Shown here: in pieces, positions 22,923 to 33,417 of the stretch
How positions within the stretch are numbered: the first letter of the stretch is position 1
Layout: each line of letters begins with the position of its first letter
DNA from: an uncultured Eubacteriales bacterium
Lineage (GTDB): Bacteria; Bacillota; Clostridia; Monoglobales; Firm-18
DNA: 36,924 nt
NCBI GenBank assembly: GCA_905210885.1
Contig: CAJLYO010000001.1
Span: 1-36,924, forward strand
Direction: 5' to 3'
Program-made: the position numbers and the translations under genes
Notes under the pieces: model-generated
Told to the model about the DNA's origin: nothing
The model's database searches: none
What the model saw: only the letters and a program-made list of their open reading frames with translations

Positions 22923-23652
22923 AGGTTATCCGTGCGGTTTCGTCGAATGACAGTCCCTTTATTTCCGCCATTTTTTTGCACACAAGGCGGACATGTGAGC
23001 TGTCGTTCCGCTGTCCGCGAAAGCCTGTGGGTGAAAGATACGGACTGTCGGTTTCTATAAGCAGACGTTCAATCGGCACGGTTTTCACGGTTTCAACCGC
23101 GTTTTTTGAGTTTTTGTATGTTAACGGTCCTGCGAGGGAAATGTAAAATCCCATGTTCACAAGCTGCCGCGCCATTTCGCTGCTGCCGGAGTAGCAGTGA
23201 ATTATCCCCCGCGCCGGCACGGATTTTAGAATTTCCATCATGTCCGCATGTGACTCCCGGTTGTGAATGGTAACCGGCATGTCAAGGCGGTGCGCAAGCT
23301 CAAGCTGGCGCTTAAACCAGTACTTCTGAATGTCCCGGGAAGGCTCGTCATAGTGGTAATCAAGCCCGATTTCGCCTATCGCCGCAACCTTTTTATGCTT
23401 TGCAAGAGCCTCAATTTCGGACAGTGTTTCCTCCGTCATTCCTGCTGTATCGCTTGGATGGATTCCTACCGTTGCGTAAATGAAATCGTATTTTTCCGCA
23501 AGGGCAATGCTGTCACGGGACGACTGCAAATCACAGCCTATGTTTACAAGAGCGGTAACGCCGCTGTCGTAAATCTTTTTTATTATCTCCTCGCGGTCAC
23601 TGTCAAATGCCTCGTCGTCAAGATGTGTGTGACTGTCAAACAGACTGCTCAT
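22879..23652 (-). CDS. tatD: TatD family metal-dependent hydrolase (DNase)
   Basis: Starts MSSLFDSHTHLDD and has EIGLDYHY, HNRES and ETDSPYL motifs. Confidence 0.9.
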   Translation of the reverse strand: MSSLFDSHTHLDDEAFDSDREEIIKKIYDSGVTALVNIGCDLQSSRDSIALAEKYDFIYATVGIHPSDTAGMTEETLSEIEALAKHKKVAAIGEIGLDYHYDEPSRDIQKYWFKRQLELAHRLDMPVTIHNRESHADMMEILKSVPARGIIHCYSGSSEMARQLVNMGFYISLAGPLTYKNSKNAVETVKTVPIERLLIETDSPYLSPTGFRGQRNDSSHVRLVCKKMAEIKGLSFDETARITYENAKKVYEIDNII

Positions 23653-25201
23653 TTTTAAGCTCCTCTAATTTTTTTGCCTCGTCAATTCTTGCAAACAGCG
23701 GTGTTGCCGTGCCTACCTTTGTTCCGTCCGCAACAGCGCCGAAGTTCTCAAGGCTTTCCCATGTAAGAGAACCGCAGTTTGTCTGCTGTGCGATTTTTTC
23801 CGAGGTTTCGGGCATAAACGGCTTTAGCATAACCGCAATATATCTTATGCTTTCAACAAGGTTGTACAAAACAGCCTTCAGTCTTTCGCGTCCGTTTTCG
23901 TCCTTTGCCAAAGCCCACGGCATGGTTTCGTCAATGTATTTGTTGCTGCGGCGGATTAAATCCCACACTGCGTCCATAGCGTCCGCAACGTGTAAATCCT
24001 CCATAGCTGCCGCCATGTCTGCTTTTGCCTTGTATGCTGTTTTGATTAAGTCGTCGTCAAAGTCGCCCTTTTCGCCGTTCTTATACAAAATGCCGTCAAA
24101 ATATTTGTTAACCATTGCAACGGTTCTGTTTACAAGGTTTCCCAAAGTATTTGCAAGCTCGGTGTTGTAGCGCGCGATAAAGGTTTCATAGGTAATTGTA
24201 CCGTCCTGGGCATAGGGCATCTCATGGAGAGAGTAGTAGCGTACGGCGTCAACGCCAAAATGGCGCACAAGGTCGTCCGCATAAATTACATTGCCCTTGG
24301 ATTTACTCATTTTATCCTCGCCGAACAGCATCCACGGGTGACCGAAAATCTGTTTGGGCAGCGGCTCGCCAAGCGCCATAAGCATAATCGGCCAGTAAAT
24401 TGTATGGAAACGCAAAATATCCTTTCCTATTATATGCACATCTGCCGGCCAGTACTTGTTATACAGTTCTCCCTTTTCGTCCGGAGTGTAGCCGAGGGCG
24501 GTGATGTAGTTTGAAAGAGCGTCAATCCAAACGTAAATGACATGACCGTCGTCAAAGTCAACGGGGACGCCCCATGTAAATGAGCTTCTTGAAACGCATA
24601 AATCCTGGAGTCCCGGTTTTAAGAAGTTGTTAACCATCTCTTTTTTGCGCGGCTCCGGCTTTATAAAGTCGGGGTTTTCCTCGATGTACTTCATAAGCTT
24701 GTCCTGATACTTGCTCATTTTAAAGAAGTAGGCTTCCTCAACGGTTTTCTGAACAGGTCTGCCGCAGTCGGGGCAAATGCCGTTTTCCGCCTGAGTTTCC
24801 GTAAAAAAGCTTTCGCAGGGCACGCAGTACAGACCCTCATATGTGCCTTTGTAAATGTCGCCGTTGTCATAAAGCTTTTTAAATATTTTCTTTACCGCCG
24901 AAACGTGATAATCGTCTGTAGTTCTTATGAATTTGTCATAGCTTGTGTTCATAAGGTCCCAGATTTTTTTTACCTCACCGGAAATCCTGTCCACATATTC
25001 CTTCGGTGTTATGCCTTCTGCCTCGGCAAGCTCCTGGATTTTCTGACCGTGCTCGTCCGTTCCGGTAAGGAAAAACACGTCGTCGCCGATTAAGCGTCTG
25101 TAACGCGCAATGGCGTCCGTCAGAATAATTTCATAGGTGTTTCCTATATGCGGCTTGCGCGAAGTGTACGCAATCGCGGTAGTTATATAATACTTACCCA
25201 T
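23636..25201 (-). CDS. metG: Methionine--tRNA ligase, short form without the C-terminal Trbp111-like domain
   Basis: Carries a HIGH-type motif (PHIGN), KMSKS, and the zinc knuckles CVPC and CPDC. At 521 aa it ends right after the anticodon-binding helical domain. Confidence 0.95.
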   Translation of the reverse strand: MGKYYITTAIAYTSRKPHIGNTYEIILTDAIARYRRLIGDDVFFLTGTDEHGQKIQELAEAEGITPKEYVDRISGEVKKIWDLMNTSYDKFIRTTDDYHVSAVKKIFKKLYDNGDIYKGTYEGLYCVPCESFFTETQAENGICPDCGRPVQKTVEEAYFFKMSKYQDKLMKYIEENPDFIKPEPRKKEMVNNFLKPGLQDLCVSRSSFTWGVPVDFDDGHVIYVWIDALSNYITALGYTPDEKGELYNKYWPADVHIIGKDILRFHTIYWPIMLMALGEPLPKQIFGHPWMLFGEDKMSKSKGNVIYADDLVRHFGVDAVRYYSLHEMPYAQDGTITYETFIARYNTELANTLGNLVNRTVAMVNKYFDGILYKNGEKGDFDDDLIKTAYKAKADMAAAMEDLHVADAMDAVWDLIRRSNKYIDETMPWALAKDENGRERLKAVLYNLVESIRYIAVMLKPFMPETSEKIAQQTNCGSLTWESLENFGAVADGTKVGTATPLFARIDEAKKLEELKNEQSV

Positions 25202-25239
25202 AATTTCATCTTTCCTTTCATAGCATATATAATATCATA

Positions 25240-26988
25240 TTATTTATCATTTGGCAAATATTTATTTTCCGGCTTTACATTCACGGTATTATAGTTATCG
25301 TAAATTACCATGCCGGGCTTTGCGCCGCGGGGCTTTTTTACGTTTTTTACCGCTGTGTAGTCAACGGGGACGTTTGCGGAATTTTTCGCCTTGCTGTAAT
25401 ATGCCGCAAGCTTTGCCGCCTCCACGATAACATCGTCTGACGGAGTTTTGCCGTCGGTTTTTATAATTCCGTGACAGCCGTGAATGTTTTTTGTATGAAA
25501 CCAAAGGTCGCTGCGTGCTGCGGTTTTTAATGTAAGTTCATCATTTTGAATGTTGTTTTTGCCGATGTACATTATAAAGCCGTCTGAAAGCTCGAATTGC
25601 AGCGGCTTTGAAACGGCGGTTCTTTTTGCCGCCTTTTTGCCCTGTTTTTTGTTTACGCCGTACCCTTCCGAGGCCAGCTCCTCGCGGATTTCCGAAATGT
25701 CCGCCTCATTTTCCGCCCTTGCAAGTTCCTCAGAAACGCTCTCAAGATACGAAAGTTCACGGGAGGCAAGCTCCATCTGCTTTGCCGTCATAACTTCGGC
25801 GGTTTTGCATTTCTGATACATGGTGTAGTACCGCTGGGCATTTTTCGAGGGAGAAAGCTCCGGCTTAAGCGGAATTTTTATAAGCCTGTTTCCGTCATAA
25901 TAATTTTCCGCCTCCAGTTCGTGTGCCTTGTCTTCAATCCTGTACATGTTTGCGGTAATCAAGTCGCCGTAAATTTTGTATTTATCCTTGTTTTTGCAGT
26001 CGTTTAACTTTTGCTGCTGCAGCGCAAGCTTTTTTTCACAGCGGTGAATGTTGTTGTCGATGAATTTATTAAGGTGCGCGGTTTTCTGCTGCATTCGCTC
26101 TTTTTTATCCTTGCCGGCAAAGTACCTGTCTATCGCCGTGTTCACGCTTTCGCACGGCACCGACGCGCCTTCGCCGTATTGGGTGATTGCAACGGCGCTG
26201 AAATCGCGTAGCCTGCCATTGTCGTAAATAAGACAGGGTGAAAACATGCCGTCTTTGATTTTTGAAAACATGCCGTAAATATTGTCCGCAAAATGCTGTT
26301 TTTCGCTGTCCGTCATAGCGGAGGTAAGACACGATGTATCGCCGAATGTGCAGTATGCCGCCTCTCTTGCGGTAAGGGGACCTATGCCGGTGAAGCTGTC
26401 TAAAATAAACTTATCCGCCGGAAGGTCCGCGCAGCAAAGCATGCCGTAGATTTCATCTCTGTCAGTTTTTAACGGGTTAAGTTTCCCCTGGGACGGCGGA
26501 TATTCGTACATCATACCGGGCAAAAGCTGGCGCACTGCGGAAACAGAAAAATCAATATGCTTAATGCTTCCCAAAACCTTATCCTCAGCCGATACCAAAA
26601 CAATATTGCTGTGTCTGCCCATAATTTCGGTTATAAGCCGTTTTACGGAGGAGTCGCCCATTTCGTCTTTGCTTTCAATGTGAATTTCAATAACGCGCTC
26701 GAAATCCGGCTGTGTAACCGCGACCACCCTGCCGCCGCTTAAGTATTTGCGCAAAAGCATGCAAAACATAGGCGCCTTTATGGGGTTTCCCTTTTGTACT
26801 TCCGTCAGATGAATACCCGGCGAGGACGAACTTGCGCTCGCGGTAAGCCTGTGGTTTTCGCCTTTGCTTCTTATTATAATGTTTATTTCGTCAAACTCCG
26901 GCTGTGTGATTTTATCCACCCTGCCGTCAGTTAAAAGTGCGTTAAGCTCATATGAGACACCTGCCGCCGCAACACCGTCAAACGCCAT
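25240..26988 (-). CDS. rqcH: NFACT-family ribosome quality control protein (RqcH / FbpA-like)
   Basis: Starts MAFDG, and has an NFACT-N domain, a coiled-coil middle region and an NFACT-R domain (DLWFHTKNIHGCHGII). ATG 26988 lies 8 nt after AAGGAG; the track GTG at 26997 overlaps the SD. Confidence 0.85.
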   Translation of the reverse strand: MAFDGVAAAGVSYELNALLTDGRVDKITQPEFDEINIIIRSKGENHRLTASASSSSPGIHLTEVQKGNPIKAPMFCMLLRKYLSGGRVVAVTQPDFERVIEIHIESKDEMGDSSVKRLITEIMGRHSNIVLVSAEDKVLGSIKHIDFSVSAVRQLLPGMMYEYPPSQGKLNPLKTDRDEIYGMLCCADLPADKFILDSFTGIGPLTAREAAYCTFGDTSCLTSAMTDSEKQHFADNIYGMFSKIKDGMFSPCLIYDNGRLRDFSAVAITQYGEGASVPCESVNTAIDRYFAGKDKKERMQQKTAHLNKFIDNNIHRCEKKLALQQQKLNDCKNKDKYKIYGDLITANMYRIEDKAHELEAENYYDGNRLIKIPLKPELSPSKNAQRYYTMYQKCKTAEVMTAKQMELASRELSYLESVSEELARAENEADISEIREELASEGYGVNKKQGKKAAKRTAVSKPLQFELSDGFIMYIGKNNIQNDELTLKTAARSDLWFHTKNIHGCHGIIKTDGKTPSDDVIVEAAKLAAYYSKAKNSANVPVDYTAVKNVKKPRGAKPGMVIYDNYNTVNVKPENKYLPNDK

Positions 26989-27009
26989 AGCTGTCACTCC
27001 TTTTCACCT

Positions 27010-27038
27010 ATTTTACCACAAGCGCCCGAAAATTTCAA
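27010..27038 (-). promoter_or_regulatory. Sigma-A type promoter of rqcH
   Basis: The minus strand has TTGAAA (27038-27033), a 17-nt spacer, then TAAAAT (27015-27010). Confidence 0.5.
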
Positions 27039-27089
27039 CTTTAATAATAAAACTAATATGGATTTTCCTCAACTTTTTTTAAAAAAAGC

Positions 27090-27118
27090 TTGCATTTGCA
27101 TGTCCTTTGTAGTATAAT
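27090..27118 (+). promoter_or_regulatory. Sigma-A promoter of the S10 ribosomal protein operon
   Basis: TTGCAT (27090-27095), a 17-nt spacer, then TATAAT (27113-27118), preceded by the A/T tract TTTTTTTAAAAAAAG, which is UP-element-like. Confidence 0.65.
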
Positions 27119-27368
27119 AGAAAAAGCGTGATATGACATACGATGATTTGGGAGGTTGCCGATACCGATGATATCGGGTTTTTCCAAGGAGAATGTCCTG
27201 TTTATAAAGCCGGGCGCCAGTCACGTTTGCTACGAAAAAATATAGGTAAGTTATGTTATTTTTATGTAGTTCTATGCCCAGTTGTGCCATGCCAGGCGGC
27301 TGGGTTTACTTGTAAGCCCACTCGATACGCCCGGGTGAGTGTAAAGAAATTAAGGAGGAAATTGAAAA

Positions 27369-27683
27369 ATGGCAGCAGTTAAAGAAAAAATCAGAATCAG
27401 ATTAAAGGCGTATGACCATGTTTTAATCGATCAGTCAGCCGAGAAAATCGTTGAGGCTGCAAAGAGAACAGGTGCAAAGGTTGCAGGTCCTATCCCGTTG
27501 CCCACAAAAAAGGAAGTTGTTACTATCCTTCGTGCGGTTCACAAATATAAGGACTCCCGCGAGCAGTTCGAAATGAGAACTCACAAGCGTTTGATTGACA
27601 TACTTTCACCCACGGCTAAAACAATGGACACACTTACTCGTTTGGATCTGCCTGCCGGCGTTGATATAGAGATGAAATTCTAA
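27369..27683 (+). CDS. rpsJ: 30S ribosomal protein S10
   Basis: Contains [12 protein letters not shown] and fits the conserved operon order. AGGAGG lies upstream. Confidence 0.97.
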   Translation: MAAVKEKIRIRLKAYDHVLIDQSAEKIVEAAKRTGAKVAGPIPLPTKKEVVTILRAVHKYKDSREQFEMRTHKRLIDILSPTAKTMDTLTRLDLPAGVDIEMKF

Positions 27684-27769
27684 TCTCTCAGACGCCTGCG
27701 GGTTTTAGGTCATGTTTGCGGAAAAATCTTTTTTCGTAAACCAATAACCATATAGAAAGGAAGAAAGAA

Positions 27770-28405
27770 ATGCAGAAAGGAATTCTTGCGCAAAAGGTTG
27801 GAATGACGCAGATTTTTGACGAAACAGGCAAAGTCATTCCCGTAACGGTTGTTATAGCAGGTCCCAATTCCGTTGTTCAAAAGAAAACGGTTGAAAAAGA
27901 CGGCTATGAATCCGTTCAGGTCGGTTTTATCGACTTGAAAGACAAAAAGGCAAACAAGCCCGTTAAAGGTCATTTTGCCAAAGCAGGTGTTACACCTAAG
28001 AAATTCGTTAAGGAATTAAGACTTGACGACGTATCAGGCTTGAATGTCGGCGATGAAATTAAAGCTGACATATTTGCCGAGGGCGACAAGGTAGACGTAG
28101 CCGGTATTACAAAAGGTAAAGGTTACGCAGGTACCATTAAGAGATGGGGTACTCACAGAGGTCCCATGACTCACGGTTCAGGCTACCACAGAGGCCCCGG
28201 TTCAATGGGTATGTGCTCAGACCCCGGCCGTGTATTCAAGGGCAAAAAGCTCCCCGGTCATTTGGGTGTTGAACGCGTTACAATCCAGAACCTGACAGTT
28301 GTTAAGGTTGACGCAGAAAAGAATATTATGCTCATAAAGGGCGGAGTTCCGGGCCCCAAGGGCGGTCTTTTAATTGTAAAAAATACGGTTAAAGGCCGTA
28401 AGTAA
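27770..28405 (+). CDS. rplC: 50S ribosomal protein L3
   Basis: Starts [13 protein letters not shown], which is an L3 signature, and fits the operon order. Confidence 0.97.
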   Translation: MQKGILAQKVGMTQIFDETGKVIPVTVVIAGPNSVVQKKTVEKDGYESVQVGFIDLKDKKANKPVKGHFAKAGVTPKKFVKELRLDDVSGLNVGDEIKADIFAEGDKVDVAGITKGKGYAGTIKRWGTHRGPMTHGSGYHRGPGSMGMCSDPGRVFKGKKLPGHLGVERVTIQNLTVVKVDAEKNIMLIKGGVPGPKGGLLIVKNTVKGRK

Positions 28406-28423
28406 CAGGAAGGAGGAATTACA

Positions 28424-29044
28424 GTGCCAAAAACATCAGTATTGAATATAAAAGGCGAGCAGGTTGGAGAAATCGAGCTCAGCGACGTACTGTTCGGTGC
28501 AGAGGTTAACACTGAGGCAATGCACACATTGGTTGTTAACTATCTTGCTAACCAAAGACAGGGAACACAAAGCACAAAGACACGTACGGAAGTACGCGGC
28601 GGCGGTAAAAAGCCGTGGAGACAAAAAGGAACAGGCCGTGCAAGACAGGGCAGCATCAGAGCTCCCCAGTGGACGGGCGGCGGTGTTGCTTTGGGTCCCA
28701 AGCCGAGAAGCTACCGTTTCTCAGTTAACAAAAAGCTTCGCAGCGTTGCTTTGAAATCGGCTTTGACATCAAAGCTTAACGATAATCAGTTAATCGTTGT
28801 TGACAGTCTTGCTATTGAAACAAACAAGACAAAGAATTTCGCTGAAATTCTTAAGAACTTAAATGCGGACAACGCTTTGGTAATTACAGCGGATAAGATT
28901 GAAAACGTTGTAAGAAGCGCTGCAAACATTCCCGGTATCAGAACGGCAATTGCCACATCATTCAGCGTTTATGACGTTTTAAAGTATGACAAGCTGGTTC
29001 TTGCACAGGATGCCGTTGCAAAAATCGAGGAGGTGTATGCGTAA
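28424..29044 (+). CDS. rplD: 50S ribosomal protein L4
   Basis: GTG start after AGGAGG. Contains [26 protein letters not shown]. Confidence 0.97.
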   Translation: MPKTSVLNIKGEQVGEIELSDVLFGAEVNTEAMHTLVVNYLANQRQGTQSTKTRTEVRGGGKKPWRQKGTGRARQGSIRAPQWTGGGVALGPKPRSYRFSVNKKLRSVALKSALTSKLNDNQLIVVDSLAIETNKTKNFAEILKNLNADNALVITADKIENVVRSAANIPGIRTAIATSFSVYDVLKYDKLVLAQDAVAKIEEVYA

Positions 29045-29337
29045 TGAAAACAGTTTATGACGTAATACGCAAGCCTATTATCACAGAAAAGACAATGGGC
29101 ATTATGGAAAATAAAAAATATACCTTCGAAGTAGCACAGGATGCTAACAAAATCGAAATTAAGAATGCTGTTGAGAAAATCTTCGGCGTAAAGGTTGCAA
29201 GCGTTAACACAATGAACGTTCTGGGCAAATACAAGAGAATGGGCGTTCACGTTGGTAAGCGTCCCGACTGGAAAAAGGCAATCGTTACACTTAAAGAGGA
29301 CAGCAAAACTATCGAATTTTTCGACGGAATGAACTAA
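29044..29337 (+). CDS. rplW: 50S ribosomal protein L23
   Basis: Contains the D.I..P.ITEK and F.V...ANK.EIK.AVE..F motifs. It has a 1-nt overlap with rplD. Confidence 0.97.
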   Translation: MKTVYDVIRKPIITEKTMGIMENKKYTFEVAQDANKIEIKNAVEKIFGVKVASVNTMNVLGKYKRMGVHVGKRPDWKKAIVTLKEDSKTIEFFDGMN

Positions 29338-29372
29338 TCGTTCCTTATGAAAAATAAAAAGGAGTGAAAACA

Positions 29373-30206
29373 GTGGCAATCAAAAAGTATAAACCGACTA
29401 CCCCGTCACGCAGATTTATGACGGTGTCAGCATTTGAAGAAATAGATAAGGTTAAGCCGGAAAAATCTTTGCTTGCACATATTAAGAAAAATGCCGGCAG
29501 AAACAGCTACGGCAGAATCACTGTTCGTCATCGCGGCGGCGGGGCAAAACAGAAGTACAGAATTATAGATTTCAAACGCGATAAGGATAACATGGCTGCT
29601 ACGGTTCTTTCAATAGAATATGATCCGAACCGCACAGCAAACATCGCTTTGCTTCAGTACGAAGACGGCGAGAAGAGATACATTCTTGCTCCTCTCGGTC
29701 TTAAAAAGGGTGATTCCGTTATCTCGGGCGACGGCGCTGATATCATCACCGGTAACGCTATGCAGATAAAGAATATCCCTGTTGGTACTCTTATTCACAA
29801 CATTGAGCTTTATCCCGGCAGAGGCGGTCAGCTCGTTCGTTCCGCAGGTAACTCCGCACAGCTTATGGCTAAGGACGAAAAGTACGCTCAGGTTCGTCTT
29901 CCCTCCGGTGAAGTTCGTATGATAAGAATGGACTGCAAGGCTACAATCGGTCAGATAGGTAATCTTGACCACGAGAATATTTCAATCGGTAAAGCCGGAA
30001 GAAAACGTCATATGGGCTGGAGACCTACCGTTCGAGGCAGTGTCATGAACCCCTGCGACCATCCTCACGGCGGTGGTGAAGGTAAATCGCCTGTCGGCCG
30101 TCCCTCACCTGTTACACCTTGGGGTAAGCCCGCTCTCGGTCTTAAAACCAGAAAGACAAAGAACGCAACAGACAAGTTCATTGTTAAACGTCGCAACGGT
30201 AAGTAA
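29373..30206 (+). CDS. rplB: 50S ribosomal protein L2
   Basis: [14 protein letters not shown] starts from GTG 29373, 8 nt after AAAGGAG. The track start at 29364 overlaps the SD. Confidence 0.96.
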   Translation: MAIKKYKPTTPSRRFMTVSAFEEIDKVKPEKSLLAHIKKNAGRNSYGRITVRHRGGGAKQKYRIIDFKRDKDNMAATVLSIEYDPNRTANIALLQYEDGEKRYILAPLGLKKGDSVISGDGADIITGNAMQIKNIPVGTLIHNIELYPGRGGQLVRSAGNSAQLMAKDEKYAQVRLPSGEVRMIRMDCKATIGQIGNLDHENISIGKAGRKRHMGWRPTVRGSVMNPCDHPHGGGEGKSPVGRPSPVTPWGKPALGLKTRKTKNATDKFIVKRRNGK

Positions 30207-30247
30207 GATATTTCTGATTTATCGGATTGAAAGGAGGATAACTTATA

Positions 30248-30526
30248 ATGAGTCGCTCATTAAAAAAAGGACCTTACGTGTCAGAAAAGCTTTTGAAAAG
30301 AATACAGGAAATGAACGAATCGGGCGAAAAGCGTATGCTTAAGACCTGGTCGCGTCCTTCAACGATTTTCCCTGACATGGTTGGACATACAATAGCAGTA
30401 CACGACGGCAGAAAGCACGTTCCCGTATATGTTACGGAGGATATGGTAGGACATAAGCTCGGCGAGTTCGCTCCTACAAGAACATTTAAGGGTCATGCAG
30501 GTGCCAAGACATCCGGAGTTAAATAA
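30248..30526 (+). CDS. rpsS: 30S ribosomal protein S19
   Basis: Starts [11 protein letters not shown] and contains GHT.AVH.GR.H.PV. Confidence 0.97.
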   Translation: MSRSLKKGPYVSEKLLKRIQEMNESGEKRMLKTWSRPSTIFPDMVGHTIAVHDGRKHVPVYVTEDMVGHKLGEFAPTRTFKGHAGAKTSGVK

Positions 30527-30586
30527 TTTAATTCCCAAAATACAGAGGTTTTCAGGCGTTAAAGTCTGTTGAAAGGAGGAAAAACA

Positions 30587-31033
30587 ATGCAGAACGTTGC
30601 TAAGGCAAAGTTGAGTTATGCAAGAATTTCACCAAGAAAAGTTAAAATAGTGATAGATTTAATTCGCAACAAGCCGGTTGGCGAGGCTTTGGCTATCTTA
30701 AAGCTTACGCCCAAGGCTGCAAGCCCCATCGTTGAAAAGCTTCTGCTTTCCGCTATGGCTAATGCAGAAACCAACCACGGTATGGACATTGATAAACTGT
30801 ATGTAGCGGAGATTTTCGCAAGCGCAGGCCCCATCCTTAAGAGGATTCAGCCCAGAGCGCAGGGCAGAGCGTTCAGAATTTTCAAGCGCACAAGCCACAT
30901 TACGGTTGTTCTTAAGGAAAAGGAAGAGGCTGCTCCCGTTAAAAAGGAAGAGCCGGAGAAAAAGGCAAGAAAGCCCAGAGCTAAGAAAACTGCTGAGGTA
31001 AAAGCGGAAGCTTCCGAAGCAGCAGCTGAATAA
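30587..31033 (+). CDS. rplV: 50S ribosomal protein L22 with a Lys/Glu/Ala-rich C-terminal extension
   Basis: ATG 30587 follows AAAGGAGG. The L22 core ([13 protein letters not shown]) is followed by about 35 extra residues, [39 protein letters not shown]. Confidence 0.95.
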   Translation: MQNVAKAKLSYARISPRKVKIVIDLIRNKPVGEALAILKLTPKAASPIVEKLLLSAMANAETNHGMDIDKLYVAEIFASAGPILKRIQPRAQGRAFRIFKRTSHITVVLKEKEEAAPVKKEEPEKKARKPRAKKTAEVKAEASEAAAE

Positions 31034-31047
31034 AAGGCAGGTAGAAC

Positions 31048-31749
31048 ATGGGACAGAAAATTAATCCCCACGGCTTAAGAGTCGGGGTAATCAAGGATTG
31101 GGATTCCCGTTGGTTCGCAAACGATAAGGACTTCGGCGACAGCATCGTTGAAGACTATAAAATAAGAAAGTTTGTTAAAAAAGAGCTTTATCAGGCGGGT
31201 ATCGCTAAAATCGAAATAGAAAAGAAAGTTAACAAGGTCATAATTTTTGTTCACGCTGCAAAGCCCGGTATTGTTATCGGTAAAGCAGGCGCAGGTATCG
31301 AAAAGCTGAAGGCTGATTTGGTTAAGATGCTCGGCAAGGACGTTAATATCAACATCGTTGAGGTTAAAAATCCTGACCAGAACGCTCAGCTCGTTGCTGA
31401 AAACATCGCTTCACAGCTTGAAAGACGTATTTCTTTCAGAAAAGCTATGAAGGGTACAATGGGCAGAACAATGAAGTCCGGCGCAAAGGGCATCAAGACA
31501 AACTGCTCAGGCCGTTTGGGCGGTGCCGAAATCGCTCGTTCGGAACACTATCATGAGGGAACTATTCCGCTGCAGACATTAAGAGCTGACATAGATTACG
31601 GTTTTGCGGAAGCTAACACAACCTACGGTAAAATCGGCGTAAAAGCTTGGATTTACAAGGGCGAGGTTTTGGCTGGCGCAAATAAACCCGCAAAGAGAGC
31701 ACCTAAAGCGGAAGGGGGCAAAGCAAATGCTATCTCCAAAAAGAGTTAA
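31048..31749 (+). CDS. rpsC: 30S ribosomal protein S3
   Basis: Starts [13 protein letters not shown] and has a KH domain. Its basic C-terminal tail overlaps the rplP start by 23 nt. Confidence 0.97.
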   Translation: MGQKINPHGLRVGVIKDWDSRWFANDKDFGDSIVEDYKIRKFVKKELYQAGIAKIEIEKKVNKVIIFVHAAKPGIVIGKAGAGIEKLKADLVKMLGKDVNINIVEVKNPDQNAQLVAENIASQLERRISFRKAMKGTMGRTMKSGAKGIKTNCSGRLGGAEIARSEHYHEGTIPLQTLRADIDYGFAEANTTYGKIGVKAWIYKGEVLAGANKPAKRAPKAEGGKANAISKKS

Positions 31750-32149
31750 GTACCGCAGAGTAATGCGCGGAAGACTTAAGGGTAAAGCATTAAGAGGCAA
31801 CACCGTAACATACGGTGATTACGGTATACAGTCACTGGAGGCAAGCTGGATTACAGCTAACCAGATCGAGGCAGCCCGTATTGCCATGACACGTTATATT
31901 AAAAGAGGCGGACAGGTTTGGATTAAAATATTCCCCGATAAGCCTATAACCGAAAAACCTGCTGAAACACGTATGGGTAGCGGTAAAGGTTCACCGGAGT
32001 ACTGGGTAGCAGTTGTTAAGCCCGGCCGTGTAATGTTTGAAATCGGCGGCGTATCTGAGGAAGTTGCAAGAGAAGCTCTTCGTCTTGCTGCTAACAAACT
32101 GCCCGTAAAATGCAAATTTGTTTGCAAGGAAACGGAGGGTGAGAGCTAA
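31727..32149 (+). CDS. rplP: 50S ribosomal protein L16
   Basis: Starts [14 protein letters not shown]. Confidence 0.97.
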   Translation: MLSPKRVKYRRVMRGRLKGKALRGNTVTYGDYGIQSLEASWITANQIEAARIAMTRYIKRGGQVWIKIFPDKPITEKPAETRMGSGKGSPEYWVAVVKPGRVMFEIGGVSEEVAREALRLAANKLPVKCKFVCKETEGES

Positions 32150-32358
32150 TGCCGGCAAAGAATAATATTAAAAAACTTCGTGATTTAACAATAGATGAGC
32201 TGACACAGAAGCTTAAGGATTCAAAAGCAGAGCTTTTCAATCTCAGATTTCAACAGGCTACAAACCAGCTCGAAAACCCGATGCGCATAGTTGAAGTTAA
32301 AAAGACAATCGCAAGGGTAAGCACTCTGCTTAAAGAGGCTGAAATAGCTAATAAATAG
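32149..32358 (+). CDS. rpmC: 50S ribosomal protein L29
   Basis: Contains LR.L...EL...L...K.ELFNLRFQ. It has a TAATG overlap with rplP. Confidence 0.96.
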   Translation: MPAKNNIKKLRDLTIDELTQKLKDSKAELFNLRFQQATNQLENPMRIVEVKKTIARVSTLLKEAEIANK

Positions 32359-32396
32359 TTTTTAATTCACTAATAACGAGTGAAGGAGGTAAAAAA

Positions 32397-32654
32397 GTGG
32401 CTGAACGTAATTACAGAAAAACAAGGATCGGCAAGGTTGTAAGCAACAAAATGGATAAGACAATCGTTGTTGCTATCGAAGACAGCGTTATGCATCCTTT
32501 GTATAATAAGGTTATGAAAAGAACCTACAAATTAAAGGCACACGATGAAAACAACGAGTGCGGCGTAGGCGACAGAGTAAAGGTTATGGAAACAAGACCG
32601 CTTTCAAAGGATAAGAGATGGCGTCTTGTAAGTATTGTGGAGAAGGCTCAATAA
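32397..32654 (+). CDS. rpsQ: 30S ribosomal protein S17
   Basis: GTG start. Contains [12 protein letters not shown] and HDE.N....GD.V.I.E.RPLSK.K.W. Confidence 0.96.
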   Translation: MAERNYRKTRIGKVVSNKMDKTIVVAIEDSVMHPLYNKVMKRTYKLKAHDENNECGVGDRVKVMETRPLSKDKRWRLVSIVEKAQ

Positions 32655-32673
32655 TTGAAAGGAGGACGTCATT

Positions 32674-33042
32674 GTGATTCAACAGCAAACACTTTTAAAA
32701 GTGGCTGATAACACAGGCGCTAAGGAATTAATGTGTATCCGTGTTCTCGGCGGTTCTGTAAGATACTTCGGCAACATCGGCGATGTTATCGTTGCTTCGG
32801 TTAAAAAAGCAACGCCCGGCGGAGTTGTTAAAAAAGGTGATGTTGTTAAGGCAGTCATCGTAAGAAGTGTCAAAGGCGTTAGACGACCGGACGGTTCATA
32901 TATTAAATTTGATGAAAATGCAGCAGTTATTATCAGAGATGATAAAAACCCCAGAGGTACACGTATTTTTGGGCCTGTTGCAAGAGAGTTAAGAGATAAG
33001 GAATTTATGAAAATTCTGTCCCTTGCTCCCGAAGTTTTGTAA
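32674..33042 (+). CDS. rplN: 50S ribosomal protein L14
   Basis: Starts MIQQQT.L.VADN.GAK. Confidence 0.97.
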   Translation: MIQQQTLLKVADNTGAKELMCIRVLGGSVRYFGNIGDVIVASVKKATPGGVVKKGDVVKAVIVRSVKGVRRPDGSYIKFDENAAVIIRDDKNPRGTRIFGPVARELRDKEFMKILSLAPEVL

Positions 33043-33057
33043 GGGGAGGTAACAGAC

Positions 33058-33378
33058 TTGAATAAGAAGCTTCACATTAAAAAGAACGATAATGTTATCG
33101 TGCTTTCCGGTAAGGATAAGGGCAAAAAAGGCAAGGTTTTATCTGTTATCCCTAAAAGCGGCAAGGTTATCGTAGAAGGCGTAGCAATGGCTACAAAGCA
33201 TAAAAAACCCAGATCGCAGGCCGAGGTTGGCGGTATCGTCCACCAGGAAACACCGATATATGCATGCAAGGTTATGCACATTTGCCCCAAATGCCAGCAG
33301 GCTACAAGAATCGGCAGAAAGACCATCGGCGACGGTGAAAATGTTCGCATTTGCAAGAAATGCGGCGAAATTATCTGA
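33058..33378 (+). CDS. rplX: 50S ribosomal protein L24 (variant with four Cys)
   Basis: TTG start. A KOW motif ([13 protein letters not shown]) is present. The C-terminal half carries CPKC (76-79) and CKKC (99-102). Confidence 0.95.
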   Translation: MNKKLHIKKNDNVIVLSGKDKGKKGKVLSVIPKSGKVIVEGVAMATKHKKPRSQAEVGGIVHQETPIYACKVMHICPKCQQATRIGRKTIGDGENVRICKKCGEII

Positions 33379-33417
33379 TTACTGCACTGCTTAGTGGGAA
33401 GGAGGAAACATTAACAA

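Noticed and set aside
27143-27382. A 79-aa ORF spans the S10 leader and runs into the rpsJ start.
   Set aside because: It has no properly spaced SD, its composition is odd, and it overlaps the rpsJ SD and start codon. The region is better explained as a 5' UTR. A 25-codon ORF from ATG 27168 has a 12-nt SD spacing and is also unconvincing.
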